Source: Eledone cirrhosa (Eukaryota). From it: a DNA stretch of 64,000 bases. The notes below the pieces were generated by a model. That model saw only the letters and a program-made list of their open reading frames with translations. It did not search any database and was not told the DNA's origin. Location: contig OZ024740.1 of NCBI GenBank assembly GCA_964016885.1, positions 41,540,001-41,604,000 on the forward strand, read 5' to 3'. Of this stretch, positions 14,605 to 31,700 are shown piece by piece. The translations under genes were made by a program, and so were the position numbers. Each line of letters opens with the position of its first letter. Within the stretch, counting starts at the first letter, position 1.

Positions 14605-16273
14605 CAACTCCATGTTTCAGATATAACTCCATCTTTCAGATATAACTCAACCTTTCAGATATAACTCCATGTTTCAGATATAACTCCATCTTTCATATAT
14701 AACTCCATGTTTCAGATATAACTCCATGTTTCAGATATAACTCCCTGTTTCAGATATAACTCCATGTATCAGATATAACTCCATGTTTCAGATATAACTC
14801 CATCTTTCAGATATAACTCCATGTTTCAGATATAACTCCATGTTTCAGATATAACTCCATGTTTCAGATATAACTCCATGTTTCAGTTATAACTCCATGT
14901 TTGAGATATAACTCCATGTATCAGATATAACTCCATATTTCAGATATAACTCCATCTTTCATATATAACTCCATGTTTCAGATATAACTCCATCTTTCAG
15001 ATATAACTCCATGTTTCAGATATAACTCCATATTTCAGATATTACTCCATGTTTCAGATGTAACTCCATGTTTCAGATATAACTCCATCTTTCAGATATA
15101 TCTCTATGATTCATATATAACTCCATCTTTCAGATATAACTCCATGTTTCAGATACAACTCCATGTTTCAGATATAACTCCATCTTTCAGATATAACTCC
15201 ATCTTTCAGATATAACTCAACCTTTCAGATATAACTCCATCTTTCAGATATAACTCCATCTTTCAGATATAACTCCATCTTTCAGATATAGCTCCCTGTT
15301 TCAGATATAACTCCATGTTTCAGATATAACTCCCTGTTTCAGATATAACTCCATCTTTCAGATATAACTCCATCTTTCAGATATAACTCCATCTTTCAGA
15401 TATAACTCCATCTTTCAGATATAACTCCATCTTTCAGATATAACTCCATGTTTCAGATATAACTCCATCTTTCAGATATAACTCCCTGTTTCAGATATAA
15501 CTCCATGTTTCAGATATAACTCCCTGTCTCAGATATAACTCCATGTTTCATATACAACTCCATGTTTCAGATATAACTCCATGTTTCAGATATAACTCTA
15601 TCTTTCAGATATAACTCCATGTTTTCAGATATAACTCCATGTTTCAGATATAACTCCATGTTTCAGATATAACTCCATGTTTTCAGATATAACTCCATAT
15701 TTCAGATATAACTCCATCTTTCATATATAACTCCCTGTTTCAGATATAACTCCATGTTTCAGATATAACTCCATGTTTCAGACATAACTCCATGTTTCAG
15801 ATATAACTCCATGTTTCAGATATAACTCCATCTTTCAGATATAACTCCCTGTTTCAGATATAACTCCATCTTTCAGATATAACTCTATCTTTCAGATATA
15901 ACTCCATGTTTTCAAATATAACTCCATGTTTCAGATATAACTCCCTGTTTCAGATATAACTCCATGTTTTCAGATATAACTCCATATTTCAGATATAACT
16001 CCATCTTTCATATATAACTACCTGTTTCAGATATAACTCCACGTTTCAGATATAACTCCATGTTTCAGACATAACTCCATGTTTCAGATATATCTCCATC
16101 TTTCAGATATAACTCCATGTTTCAGATTTAACTCCATCTTTCAGATATAACTCCATGTTTCAGATATAACTCCATGTTTCAGATATAACTCCATCTTTCA
16201 GATATAACTCCATGTTTCAGATATAACTCCATGTTTCAGATATAACTCCATCTTTCAGAAAACTCCCTGTTTT

Positions 16274-19200
16274 AGATATAACTCCATATTTCAGATATTA
16301 CTCCATGTTTCAGATATAACTCCATCTTTCAGATATAACTCCATCTTTCAGATATAACTCCATGTTTCAGATATAACTCCATCTTTCAGATATAACTCCA
16401 TGTTTCAGATACAACTCCATGTTTCAGATATAACTCCATCTTTCAGATATAACTCCATCTTTCAGATATAACTCAACTTTTCAGATATAACTCCATCTTT
16501 CAGATATAACTCCATGTTTTCAGATATAACTCCATATTTCAGATATAACTCCATCTTTCATATATAACTCCCTGTTTCAGATATAACTCCATCTTTCATA
16601 TATAACTCCCTGTTTCAGATATAACTCCATGTTTCAGATATAACTCCATGTTTCAGACATAACTCCATGTTTCAGATATATCTCCATCTTTCAGATATAA
16701 CTCCATGTTTCAGATATAACTCCATCTTTCAGATATAACTCCATGTTTTCAGATATAACTCCATGTTTCAGATACAACTCCATGTTTCAGATATAACTCC
16801 ATCTTTCAGATATAACTCAACCTTTCAGATATAACTCCATGTTTCAGATATAACTCCATCTTTCATATATAACTCCATGTTTCAGATATAACTCCATGTT
16901 TCAGATATAACTCCCTGTTTCAGATATAACTCCATGTATCAGATATAACTCCATGTTTCAGATATAACTCCATGTTTCAGATATAACTCCATCTTTCAGA
17001 TATAACTCCATGTTTCAGATATAACTCCATGTTTCAGATATAACCCCATCTTTCAGATAACTCACTGTTTTAGATATAACTCCATATTTCAGATATTACT
17101 CCATCTTTCAGATATAACTCCATCTTTCAGATATAACTCCATCTTTCAGATATAACTCCATGTTTCAGATATAACTCCATCTTTCAGATATAACTCCATG
17201 TTTCAGATACAACTCCATGTTTCAGATATAACTCCATCTTTCAGATATAACTCAACCTTTCAGATATAACTCCATCTTTCAGATATAACTCCCTCTTTCA
17301 GATATAACTCTATCTTTCAGATATAACTCCCTGTTTCAGATATAACTCCATGTTTCAGATATAACTCCATATTTCCGACATAACTCCATCTTTCAGATAT
17401 AACTCCATGTTTCAGATATAACTCCATCTTTCAGATATAACTCCCTGTTTCAGCTATAACTCCATGTTTCAAATATAACTCCATCTTTCAGATATAACTC
17501 CCTGTTTCAGATATAACTCCATGTTTCAGATATAACTCCATGTTTCAGATATAACTCCATCTTTCAGATATAACTCCCTGTTTCAGATATAACTCCATCT
17601 TTCAGATATAACTCTATCTTTCAGATATAACTCCATGTTTTCAGATATAACTCCATGTTTCAGATATAACTCCATGTTTCAGATATAACTCCATGTTTTC
17701 AGATATAACTCCATATTTCAGATATAACTCCATCTTTCATATATAACTCCCTGTTTCAGATATAACTCCATCTTTCATATATAACTCCCTGTTTCAGATA
17801 TAACTCCATGTTTCACATATAACTCCATGTTTCAGACATAACTCCATGTTTCAGATATATCTCCATCTTTCAGATATAACTCCATGTTTCAGATATAACT
17901 CCATCTTTCAGATATAACTCCATGTTTTCAGATATAACTCCATATTTCAGATATTACTCCATGTTTCAGATATAACTCCATCTTTCAGATATAACTCCAT
18001 CTTTCAGATATAACTCCATGTTTCAGATATAACTCCATCTTTCAGATATAACTCCATGTTTCAGATACAACTCCATGTTTCAGATATAACTCCATCTTTC
18101 AGATATAACTCCATCTTTCAGATATAACTCAACTTTTCAGATATAACTCCATCTTTCAGATATAACTCCATGTTTTCAGATATAACTCCATATTTCAGAT
18201 ATAACTCCATCTTTCATATATAACTCCCTGTTTCAGATATAACTCCATCTTTCATATATAACTCCCTGTTTCAGATATAACTCCATGTTTCAGATATAAC
18301 TCCATGTTTCAGACATAACTCCATGTTTCAGATATATCTCCATCTTTCAGATATAACTCCATGTTTCAGATATAACTCCATCTTTCAGATATAACTCCAT
18401 GTTTTCAGATATAACTCCATGTTTCAGATACAACTCCATGTTTCAGATATAACTCCATCTTTCAGATATAACTCAACCTTTCAGATATAACTCCATGTTT
18501 CAGATATAACTCCATCTTTCATATATAACTCCATGTTTCAGATATAACTCCATGTTTCAGATATAACTCCCTGTTTCAGATATAACTCCATGTATCAGAT
18601 ATAACTCCATGTTTCAGATATAACTCCATGTTTCAGATATAACTCCATCTTTCAGATATAACTCCATGTTTCAGATATAACTCCATGTTTCAGATATAAC
18701 CCCATCTTTCAGATAACTCACTGTTTTAGATATAACTCCATATTTCAGATATTACTCCATCTTTCAGATATAACTCCATCTTTCAGATATAACTCCATCT
18801 TTCAGATATAACTCCATGTTTCAGATATAACTCCATCTTTCAGATATAACTCCATGTTTCAGATACAACTCCATGTTTCAGATATAACTCCATCTTTCAG
18901 ATATAACTCAACCTTTCAGATATAACTCCATCTTTCAGATATAACTCCCTCTTTCAGATATAACTCTATCTTTCAGATATAACTCCCTGTTTCAGATATA
19001 ACTCCATGTTTCAGATATAACTCCATATTTCCGACATAACTCCATCTTTCAGATATAACTCCATGTTTCAGATATAACTCCATCTTTCAGATATAACTCC
19101 CTGTTTCAGCTATAACTCCATGTTTCAAATATAACTCCATCTTTCAGATATAACTCCCTGTTTCAGATATAACTCCATGTTTCAGATATAACTCCATGTT

Positions 19201-19599
19201 TCAGATATAACTCCATCTTTCAGATATAACTCCCTGTTTCAGATATAACTCCATCTTTCAGATATAACTCTATCTTTCAGATATAACTCCATGTTTTCAG
19301 ATATAACTCCATGTTTCAGATATAACTCCATGTTTCAGATATAACTCCATGTTTTCAGATATAACTCCATATTTCAGATATAACTCCATCTTTCATATAT
19401 AACTCCCTGTTTCAGATATAACTCCATCTTTCATATATAACTCCCTGTTTCAGATATAACTCCATGTTTCACATATAACTCCATGTTTCAGACATAACTC
19501 CATGTTTCAGATATATCTCCATCTTTCAGATATAACTCCATGTTTCAGATATAACTCCATCTTTCAGATATAACTCCATGTTTTCAGATATAACTCCAT
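16274..19599 (+). repeat. Tandem duplication of a 1656-bp (about 87-monomer) block, 2 copies
   Basis: Markers at +1656: AACTTTT 16475/18131, CCCCATC 17044/18700, TTTCACAT 17811/19467. Confidence 0.88.
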
Positions 19600-21251
19600 G
19601 TTTCAGATACAACTCCATGTTTCAGATATAACTCCATCTTTCAGATATAACTCAACCTTTCAGATATAACTCCATGTTTTCAGATATAACTCCATATTTC
19701 AGATATAACTCCATCTTTCATATATAACTACCTGTTTCAGATATAACTCCACGTTTCAGATATAACTCCATGTTTCAGACATAACTCCATGTTTCAGATA
19801 TATCTCCATCTTTCAGATATAACTCCATGTTTCAGATTTAACTCCATCTTTCAGATATAACTCCATGTTTCAGATATAACTCCATGTTTCAGATATAACT
19901 CCATCTTTCAGATATAACTCCATGTTTCAGATATAACTCCATGTTTCAGATATAACTCCATCTTTCAGAAAACTCCCTGTTTTAGATATAACTCCATATT
20001 TCAGATATTACTCCATGTTTCAGATATAACTCCATCTTTCATATATAACTCCATGTTTCAGATATAACTCCATATTTCAGATATAACTCAACCTTTCAGA
20101 TATAACTCCATATTTCAGATATAACTCCATCTTTCATATATATCTCCATGTTTCAGATATAACTCCATGTTTCAGATATAACTCCCTGTTTCAGATATAA
20201 CTCCATGTAACAGATATAACTCCATGTTTCAGATATAACTCCATCTTTCAGATATAACTCCATGTTTCAGATATAACTCCATGTTTCAGATATAACTCCA
20301 TGTTTCAGATATAACTCCATGTTTCAGTTATAACTCCATCTTTCAGATATAACTCCATGTTTCAGATATAACTCCATCTTTCAGATATAACTCCATGTTT
20401 CAGATATAACTCCATGTTTCAGATATAACTCCATCTTTCAGATATAACTCCATGTTTCAGATATAACTCCATGTTTCAGATATAACCCCATCTTTCAGAT
20501 AACTCACTGTTTTAGATATAACTCCATATTTCAGATATTACTCCATCTTTCAGATATAACTCCATCTTTCAGATATAACTCCATCTTTCAGATATAACTC
20601 CATGTTTCAGATATAACTCCATCTTTCAGATATAACTCCATGTTTCAGATACAACTCCATGTTTCAGATATAACTCCATCTTTCAGATATAACTCAACCT
20701 TTCAGATATAACTCCATCTTTCAGATATAACTCCCTCTTTCAGATATAACTCTATCTTTCAGATATAACTCCCTGTTTCAGATATAACTCCATGTTTCAG
20801 ATATAACTCCATATTTCCGACATAACTCCATCTTTCAGATATAACTCCATGTTTCAGATATAACTCCATCTTTCAGATATAACTCCCTGTTTCAGCTATA
20901 ACTCCATGTTTCAAATATAACTCCATCTTTCAGATATAACTCCCTGTTTCAGATATAACTCCATGTTTCAGATATAACTCCATGTTTCAGATATAACTCC
21001 ATCTTTCAGATATAACTCCCTGTTTCAGATATAACTCCATCTTTCAGATATAACTCTATCTTTCAGATATAACTCCATGTTTTCAGATATAACTCCATGT
21101 TTCAGATATAACTCCATGTTTCAGATATAACTCCATGTTTTCAGATATAACTCCATATTTCAGATATAACTCCATCTTTCATATATAACTCCCTGTTTCA
21201 GATATAACTCCATCTTTCATATATAACTCCCTGTTTCAGATATAACTCCAT

Positions 21252-22714
21252 GTTTCAGATATAACTCCATGTTTCAGACATAACTCCATGTTTCAGATAT
21301 ATCTCCATCTTTCAGATATAACTCCATGTTTCAGATATAACTCCATCTTTCAGATACAACTCCATGTTTCAGATATAACTCCATCTTTCAGATATAACTC
21401 AACCTTTCAGATATAACTCCATGTTTCAGATATAACTCCATCTTTCATATATAACTCCATGTTTCAGATATAACTCCATGTTTCAGATATAACTCCCTGT
21501 TTCAGATATAACTCCATGTATCAGATATAACTCCATGTTTCAGATATAACTCCATCTTTCAGATATAACTCCATGTTTCAGATATAACTCCATGTTTCAG
21601 ATATAACTCCATGTTTCAGATATAACTCCATGTTTCAGTTATAACTCCATGTTTGAGATATAACTCCATGTATCAGATATAACTCCATATTTCAGATATA
21701 ACTCCATCTTTCATATATAACTCCATGTTTCAGATATAACTCCATCTTTCAGATATAACTCCATGTTTCAGATATAACTCCATATTTCAGATATTACTCC
21801 ATGTTTCAGATGTAACTCCATGTTTCAGATATAACTCCATCTTTCAGATATATCTCTATGATTCATATATAACTCCATCTTTCAGATATAACTCCATGTT
21901 TCAGATACAACTCCATGTTTCAGATATAACTCCATCTTTCAGATATAACTCCATCTTTCAGATATAACTCAACCTTTCAGATATAACTCCATGTTTCAGA
22001 CATAACTCCATGTTTCAGATATATCTCCATCTTTCAGATATAACTCCATGTTTCAGATATAACTCCATCTTTCAGATACAACTCCATGTTTCAGATATAA
22101 CTCCATCTTTCAGATATAACTCAACCTTTCAGATATAACTCCATGTTTCAGATATAACTCCATCTTTCATATATAACTCCATGTTTCAGATATAACTCCA
22201 TGTTTCAGATATAACTCCCTGTTTCAGATATAACTCCATGTATCAGATATAACTCCATGTTTCAGATATAACTCCATCTTTCAGATATAACTCCATGTTT
22301 CAGATATAACTCCATGTTTCAGATATAACTCCATGTTTCAGATATAACTCCATGTTTCAGTTATAACTCCATGTTTGAGATATAACTCCATGTATCAGAT
22401 ATAACTCCATATTTCAGATATAACTCCATCTTTCATATATAACTCCATGTTTCAGATATAACTCCATCTTTCAGATATAACTCCATGTTTCAGATATAAC
22501 TCCATATTTCAGATATTACTCCATGTTTCAGATGTAACTCCATGTTTCAGATATAACTCCATCTTTCAGATATATCTCTATGATTCATATATAACTCCAT
22601 CTTTCAGATATAACTCCATGTTTCAGATACAACTCCATGTTTCAGATATAACTCCATCTTTCAGATATAACTCCATCTTTCAGATATAACTCAACCTTTC
22701 AGATATAACTCCAT
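21252..22714 (+). repeat. Tandem duplication of a 722-bp (38-monomer) block
   Basis: Markers at +722: GTTTCAGACA 21271/21993, CTCTATGATTC 21854/22576. Confidence 0.85.
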
Positions 22715-25700
22715 CTTTCAGATATAACTCCATCTTTCAGATATAACTCCATCTTTCAGATATAGCTCCCTGTTTCAGATATAACTCCATGTTTCAGATA
22801 TAACTCCCTGTTTCAGATATAACTCCATCTTTCAGATATAACTCCATCTTTCAGATATAACTCCATCTTTCAGATATAACTCCATCTTTCAGATATAACT
22901 CCATCTTTCAGATATAACTCCATGTTTCAGATATAACTCCATCTTTCAGATATAACTCCCTGTTTCAGATATAACTCCATGTTTCAGATATAACTCCCTG
23001 TCTCAGATATAACTCCATGTTTCATATACAACTCCATGTTTCAGATATAACTCCATGTTTCAGATATAACTCTATCTTTCAGATATAACTCCATGTTTTC
23101 AGATATAACTCCATGTTTCAGATATAACTCCATGTTTCAGATATAACTCCATGTTTTCAGATATAACTCCATATTTCAGATATAACTCCATCTTTCATAT
23201 ATAACTCCCTGTTTCAGATATAACTCCATGTTTCAGATATAACTCCATGTTTCAGACATAACTCCATGTTTCAGATATAACTCCATGTTTCAGATATAAC
23301 TCCATCTTTCAGATATAACTCCCTGTTTCAGATATAACTCCATCTTTCAGATATAACTCCATCTTTCATATATAACTACCTGTTTCAGATATAACTCCAC
23401 GTTTCAGATATAACTCCATGTTTCAGACATAACTCCATGTTTCAGATATATCTCCATCTTTCAGATATAACTCCATGTTTCAGATTTAACTCCATCTTTC
23501 AGATATAACTCCATGTTTCAGATATAACTCCATGTTTCAGATATAACTCCATCTTTCAGATATAACTCCATGTTTCAGATATAACTCCATGTTTCAGATA
23601 TAACTCCATCTTTCAGAAAACTCCCTGTTTTAGATATAACTCCATATTTCAGATATTACTCCATGTTTCAGATATAACTCCATCTTTCAGATATAACTCC
23701 ATCTTTCAGATATAACTCCATGTTTCAGATATAACTCCATCTTTCAGATATAACTCCATGTTTCAGATACAACTCCATGTTTCAGATATAACTCCATCTT
23801 TCAGATATAACTCCATCTTTCAGATATAACTCAACTTTTCAGATATAACTCCATCTTTCAGATATAACTCCATGTTTTCAGATATAACTCCATATTTCAG
23901 ATATAACTCCATCTTTCATATATAACTCCCTGTTTCAGATATAACTCCATCTTTCATATATAACTCCCTGTTTCAGATATAACTCCATGTTTCAGATATA
24001 ACTCCATGTTTCAGACATAACTCCATGTTTCAGATATATCTCCATCTTTCAGATATAACTCCATGTTTCAGATATAACTCCATCTTTCAGATATAACTCC
24101 ATGTTTTCAGATATAACTCCATGTTTCAGATACAACTCCATGTTTCAGATATAACTCCATCTTTCAGATATAACTCAACCTTTCAGATATAACTCCATGT
24201 TTCAGATATAACTCCATCTTTCATATATAACTCCATGTTTCAGATATAACTCCATGTTTCAGATATAACTCCCTGTTTCAGATATAACTCCATGTATCAG
24301 ATATAACTCCATGTTTCAGATATAACTCCATGTTTCAGATATAACTCCATCTTTCAGATATAACTCCATGTTTCAGATATAACTCCATGTTTCAGATATA
24401 ACCCCATCTTTCAGATAACTCACTGTTTTAGATATAACTCCATATTTCAGATATTACTCCATCTTTCAGATATAACTCCATCTTTCAGATATAACTCCAT
24501 CTTTCAGATATAACTCCATGTTTCAGATATAACTCCATCTTTCAGATATAACTCCATGTTTCAGATACAACTCCATGTTTCAGATATAACTCCATCTTTC
24601 AGATATAACTCAACCTTTCAGATATAACTCCATCTTTCAGATATAACTCCCTCTTTCAGATATAACTCTATCTTTCAGATATAACTCCCTGTTTCAGATA
24701 TAACTCCATGTTTCAGATATAACTCCATATTTCCGACATAACTCCATCTTTCAGATATAACTCCATGTTTCAGATATAACTCCATCTTTCAGATATAACT
24801 CCCTGTTTCAGCTATAACTCCATGTTTCAAATATAACTCCATCTTTCAGATATAACTCCCTGTTTCAGATATAACTCCATGTTTCAGATATAACTCCATG
24901 TTTCAGATATAACTCCATCTTTCAGATATAACTCCCTGTTTCAGATATAACTCCATCTTTCAGATATAACTCTATCTTTCAGATATAACTCCATGTTTTC
25001 AGATATAACTCCATGTTTCAGATATAACTCCATGTTTCAGATATAACTCCATGTTTTCAGATATAACTCCATATTTCAGATATAACTCCATCTTTCATAT
25101 ATAACTCCCTGTTTCAGATATAACTCCATCTTTCATATATAACTCCCTGTTTCAGATATAACTCCATGTTTCACATATAACTCCATGTTTCAGACATAAC
25201 TCCATGTTTCAGATATATCTCCATCTTTCAGATATAACTCCATCTTTCAGATATAACTCAACCTTTCAGATATAACTCCATGTTTCAGACATAACTCCAT
25301 GTTTCAGATATATCTCCATCTTTCAGATATAACTCCATGTTTCAGATATAACTCCATCTTTCAGATACAACTCCATGTTTCAGATATAACTCCATCTTTC
25401 AGATATAACTCAACCTTTCAGATATAACTCCATGTTTCAGATATAACTCCATCTTTCATATATAACTCCATGTTTCAGATATAACTCCATGTTTCAGATA
25501 TAACTCCCTGTTTCAGATATAACTCCATGTATCAGATATAACTCCATGTTTCAGATATAACTCCATCTTTCAGATATAACTCAACCTTTCAGATATAACT
25601 CCATGTTTCAGACATAACTCCATGTTTCAGATATATCTCCATCTTTCAGATATAACTCCATGTTTCAGATATAACTCCATCTTTCAGATACAACTCCATG

Positions 25701-28700
25701 TTTCAGATATAACTCCATCTTTCAGATATAACTCAACCTTTCAGATATAACTCCATGTTTCAGATATAACTCCATCTTTCATATATAACTCCATGTTTCA
25801 GATATAACTCCATGTTTCAGATATAACTCCCTGTTTCAGATATAACTCCATGTATCAGATATAACTCCATGTTTCAGATATAACTCCATCTTTCAGATAT
25901 AACTCCATGTTTCAGATATAACTCCATGTTTCAGATATAACTCCATGTTTCAGATATAACTCCATGTTTCAGTTATAACTCCATGTTTGAGATATAACTC
26001 CATGTATCAGATATAACTCCATATTTCAGATATATCTCCATCTTTCAGATATAACTCCATGTTTCAGATATAACTCCATCTTTCAGATACAACTCCATGT
26101 TTCAGATATAACTCCATCTTTCAGATATAACTCAACCTTTCAGATATAACTCCATGTTTCAGATATAACTCCATCTTTCATATATAACTCCATGTTTCAG
26201 ATATAACTCCATGTTTCAGATATAACTCCCTGTTTCAGATATAACTCCATGTATCAGATATAACTCCATGTTTCAGATATAACTCCATCTTTCAGATATA
26301 ACTCCATGTTTCAGATATAACTCCATGTTTCAGATATAACTCCATGTTTCAGATATAACTCCATGTTTCAGTTATAACTCCATGTTTGAGATATAACTCC
26401 ATGTATCAGATATAACTCCATATTTCAGATATAACTCCATCTTTCATATATAACTCCATGTTTCAGATATAACTCCATCTTTCAGATATAACTCCATGTT
26501 TCAGATATAACTCCATATTTCAGATATTACTCCATGTTTCAGATGTAACTCCATGTTTCAGATATAACTCCATCTTTCAGATATATCTCTATGATTCATA
26601 TATAACTCCATCTTTCAGATATAACTCCATGTTTCAGATACAACTCCATGTTTCAGATATAACTCCATCTTTCAGATATAACTCCATCTTTCAGATATAA
26701 CTCAACCTTTCAGATATAACTCCATCTTTCAGATATAACTCCATCTTTCAGATATAACTCCATCTTTCAGATATAGCTCCCTGTTTCAGATATAACTCCA
26801 TGTTTCAGATATAACTCCCTGTTTCAGATATAACTCCATCTTTCAGATATAACTCCATCTTTCAGATATAACTCCATCTTTCAGATATAACTCCATCTTT
26901 CAGATATAACTCCATCTTTCAGATATAACTCCATGTTTCAGATATAACTCCATCTTTCAGATATAACTCCCTGTTTCAGATATAACTCCATGTTTCAGAT
27001 ATAACTCCCTGTCTCAGATATAACTCCATGTTTCATATACAACTCCATGTTTCAGATATAACTCCATGTTTCAGATATAACTCTATCTTTCAGATATAAC
27101 TCCATGTTTTCAGATATAACTCCATGTTTCAGATATAACTCCATGTTTCAGATATAACTCCATGTTTTCAGATATAACTCCATATTTCAGATATAACTCC
27201 ATCTTTCATATATAACTCCCTGTTTCAGATATAACTCCATGTTTCAGATATAACTCCATGTTTCAGACATAACTCCATGTTTCAGATATAACTCCATGTT
27301 TCAGATATAACTCCATCTTTCAGATATAACTCCCTGTTTCAGATATAACTCCATCTTTCAGATATAACTCCATCTTTCATATATAACTACCTGTTTCAGA
27401 TATAACTCCACGTTTCAGATATAACTCCATGTTTCAGACATAACTCCATGTTTCAGATATATCTCCATCTTTCAGATATAACTCCATGTTTCAGATTTAA
27501 CTCCATCTTTCAGATATAACTCCATGTTTCAGATATAACTCCATGTTTCAGATATAACTCCATCTTTCAGATATAACTCCATGTTTCAGATATAACTCCA
27601 TGTTTCAGATATAACTCCATCTTTCAGAAAACTCCCTGTTTTAGATATAACTCCATATTTCAGATATTACTCCATGTTTCAGATATAACTCCATCTTTCA
27701 GATATAACTCCATCTTTCAGATATAACTCCATGTTTCAGATATAACTCCATCTTTCAGATATAACTCCATGTTTCAGATACAACTCCATGTTTCAGATAT
27801 AACTCCATCTTTCAGATATAACTCCATCTTTCAGATATAACTCAACTTTTCAGATATAACTCCATCTTTCAGATATAACTCCATGTTTTCAGATATAACT
27901 CCATATTTCAGATATAACTCCATCTTTCATATATAACTCCCTGTTTCAGATATAACTCCATCTTTCATATATAACTCCCTGTTTCAGATATAACTCCATG
28001 TTTCAGATATAACTCCATGTTTCAGACATAACTCCATGTTTCAGATATATCTCCATCTTTCAGATATAACTCCATGTTTCAGATATAACTCCATCTTTCA
28101 GATATAACTCCATGTTTTCAGATATAACTCCATGTTTCAGATACAACTCCATGTTTCAGATATAACTCCATCTTTCAGATATAACTCAACCTTTCAGATA
28201 TAACTCCATGTTTCAGATATAACTCCATCTTTCATATATAACTCCATGTTTCAGATATAACTCCATGTTTCAGATATAACTCCCTGTTTCAGATATAACT
28301 CCATGTATCAGATATAACTCCATGTTTCAGATATAACTCCATGTTTCAGATATAACTCCATCTTTCAGATATAACTCCATGTTTCAGATATAACTCCATG
28401 TTTCAGATATAACCCCATCTTTCAGATAACTCACTGTTTTAGATATAACTCCATATTTCAGATATTACTCCATCTTTCAGATATAACTCCATCTTTCAGA
28501 TATAACTCCATCTTTCAGATATAACTCCATGTTTCAGATATAACTCCATCTTTCAGATATAACTCCATGTTTCAGATACAACTCCATGTTTCAGATATAA
28601 CTCCATCTTTCAGATATAACTCAACCTTTCAGATATAACTCCATCTTTCAGATATAACTCCCTCTTTCAGATATAACTCTATCTTTCAGATATAACTCCC

Positions 28701-31700
28701 TGTTTCAGATATAACTCCATGTTTCAGATATAACTCCATATTTCCGACATAACTCCATCTTTCAGATATAACTCCATGTTTCAGATATAACTCCATCTTT
28801 CAGATATAACTCCCTGTTTCAGCTATAACTCCATGTTTCAAATATAACTCCATCTTTCAGATATAACTCCCTGTTTCAGATATAACTCCATGTTTCAGAT
28901 ATAACTCCATGTTTCAGATATAACTCCATCTTTCAGATATAACTCCCTGTTTCAGATATAACTCCATCTTTCAGATATAACTCTATCTTTCAGATATAAC
29001 TCCATGTTTTCAGATATAACTCCATGTTTCAGATATAACTCCATGTTTCAGATATAACTCCATGTTTTCAGATATAACTCCATATTTCAGATATAACTCC
29101 ATCTTTCATATATAACTCCCTGTTTCAGATATAACTCCATCTTTCATATATAACTCCCTGTTTCAGATATAACTCCATGTTTCACATATAACTCCATGTT
29201 TCAGACATAACTCCATGTTTCAGATATATCTCCATCTTTCAGATATAACTCCATCTTTCAGATATAACTCAACCTTTCAGATATAACTCCATGTTTCAGA
29301 CATAACTCCATGTTTCAGATATATCTCCATCTTTCAGATATAACTCCATGTTTCAGATATAACTCCATCTTTCAGATACAACTCCATGTTTCAGATATAA
29401 CTCCATCTTTCAGATATAACTCAACCTTTCAGATATAACTCCATGTTTCAGATATAACTCCATCTTTCATATATAACTCCATGTTTCAGATATAACTCCA
29501 TGTTTCAGATATAACTCCCTGTTTCAGATATAACTCCATGTATCAGATATAACTCCATGTTTCAGATATAACTCCATCTTTCAGATATAACTCAACCTTT
29601 CAGATATAACTCCATGTTTCAGACATAACTCCATGTTTCAGATATATCTCCATCTTTCAGATATAACTCCATGTTTCAGATATAACTCCATCTTTCAGAT
29701 ACAACTCCATGTTTCAGATATAACTCCATCTTTCAGATATAACTCAACCTTTCAGATATAACTCCATGTTTCAGATATAACTCCATCTTTCATATATAAC
29801 TCCATGTTTCAGATATAACTCCATGTTTCAGATATAACTCCCTGTTTCAGATATAACTCCATGTATCAGATATAACTCCATGTTTCAGATATAACTCCAT
29901 CTTTCAGATATAACTCCATGTTTGAGATATAACTCCATGTTTCAGATATAACTCCATGTTTCAGATATAACTCCATGTTTCAGTTATAACTCCATGTTTG
30001 AGATATAACTCCATGTATCAGATATAACTCCATATTTCAGATATAACTCCATCTTTCATATATAACTCCATGTTTCAGATATAACTCCATCTTTCAGATA
30101 TAACTCCATGTTTCAGATATAACTCCATATTTCAGATATTACTCCATGTTTCAGATGTAACTCCATGTTTCAGATATAACTCCATCTTTCAGATATATCT
30201 CTATGATTCATATATAACTCCATCTTTCAGATATAACTCCATGTTTCAGATACAACTCCATGTTTCAGATATAACTCCATCTTTCAGATATAACTCCATC
30301 TTTCAGATATAACTCAACCTTTCAGATATAACTCCATCTTTCAGATATAACTCCATCTTTCAGATATAACTCCATCTTTCAGATATAGCTCCCTGTTTCA
30401 GATATAACTCCATGTTTCAGATATAACTCCCTGTTTCAGATATAACTCCATCTTTCAGATATAACTCCATCTTTCAGATATAACTCCATCTTTCAGATAT
30501 AACTCCATCTTTCAGATATAACTCCATCTTTCAGATATAACTCCATGTTTCAGATATAACTCCATCTTTCAGATATAACTCCCTGTTTCAGATATAACTC
30601 CATGTTTCAGATATAACTCCCTGTCTCAGATATAACTCCATGTTTCATATACAACTCCATGTTTCAGATATAACTCCATGTTTCAGATATAACTCTATCT
30701 TTCAGATATAACTCCATGTTTTCAGATATAACTCCATGTTTCAGATATAACTCCATGTTTCAGATATAACTCCATGTTTTCAGATATAACTCCATATTTC
30801 AGATATAACTCCATCTTTCATATATAACTCCCTGTTTCAGATATAACTCCATGTTTCAGATATAACTCCATGTTTCAGACATAACTCCATGTTTCAGATA
30901 TAACTCCATGTTTCAGATATAACTCCATCTTTCAGATATAACTCCCTGTTTCAGATATAACTCCATCTTTCAGATATAACTCCATCTTTCATATATAACT
31001 ACCTGTTTCAGATATAACTCCACGTTTCAGATATAACTCCATGTTTCAGACATAACTCCATGTTTCAGATATATCTCCATCTTTCAGATATAACTCCATG
31101 TTTCAGATTTAACTCCATCTTTCAGATATAACTCCATGTTTCAGATATAACTCCATGTTTCAGATATAACTCCATCTTTCAGATATAACTCCATGTTTCA
31201 GATATAACTCCATGTTTCAGATATAACTCCATCTTTCAGAAAACTCCCTGTTTTAGATATAACTCCATATTTCAGATATTACTCCATGTTTCAGATATAA
31301 CTCCATCTTTCAGATATAACTCCATCTTTCAGATATAACTCCATGTTTCAGATATAACTCCATCTTTCAGATATAACTCCATGTTTCAGATACAACTCCA
31401 TGTTTCAGATATAACTCCATCTTTCAGATATAACTCCATCTTTCAGATATAACTCCATGTTTTCAGATATAACTCCATATTTCAGATATAACTCCATCTT
31501 TCATATATAACTCCCTGTTTCAGATATAACTCCATCTTTCATATATAACTCCCTGTTTCAGATATAACTCCATGTTTCAGATATAACTCCATGTTTCAGA
31601 CATAACTCCATGTTTCAGATATATCTCCATCTTTCAGATATAACTCCATGTTTCAGATATAACTCCATCTTTCAGATATAACTCCATGTTTTCAGATATA

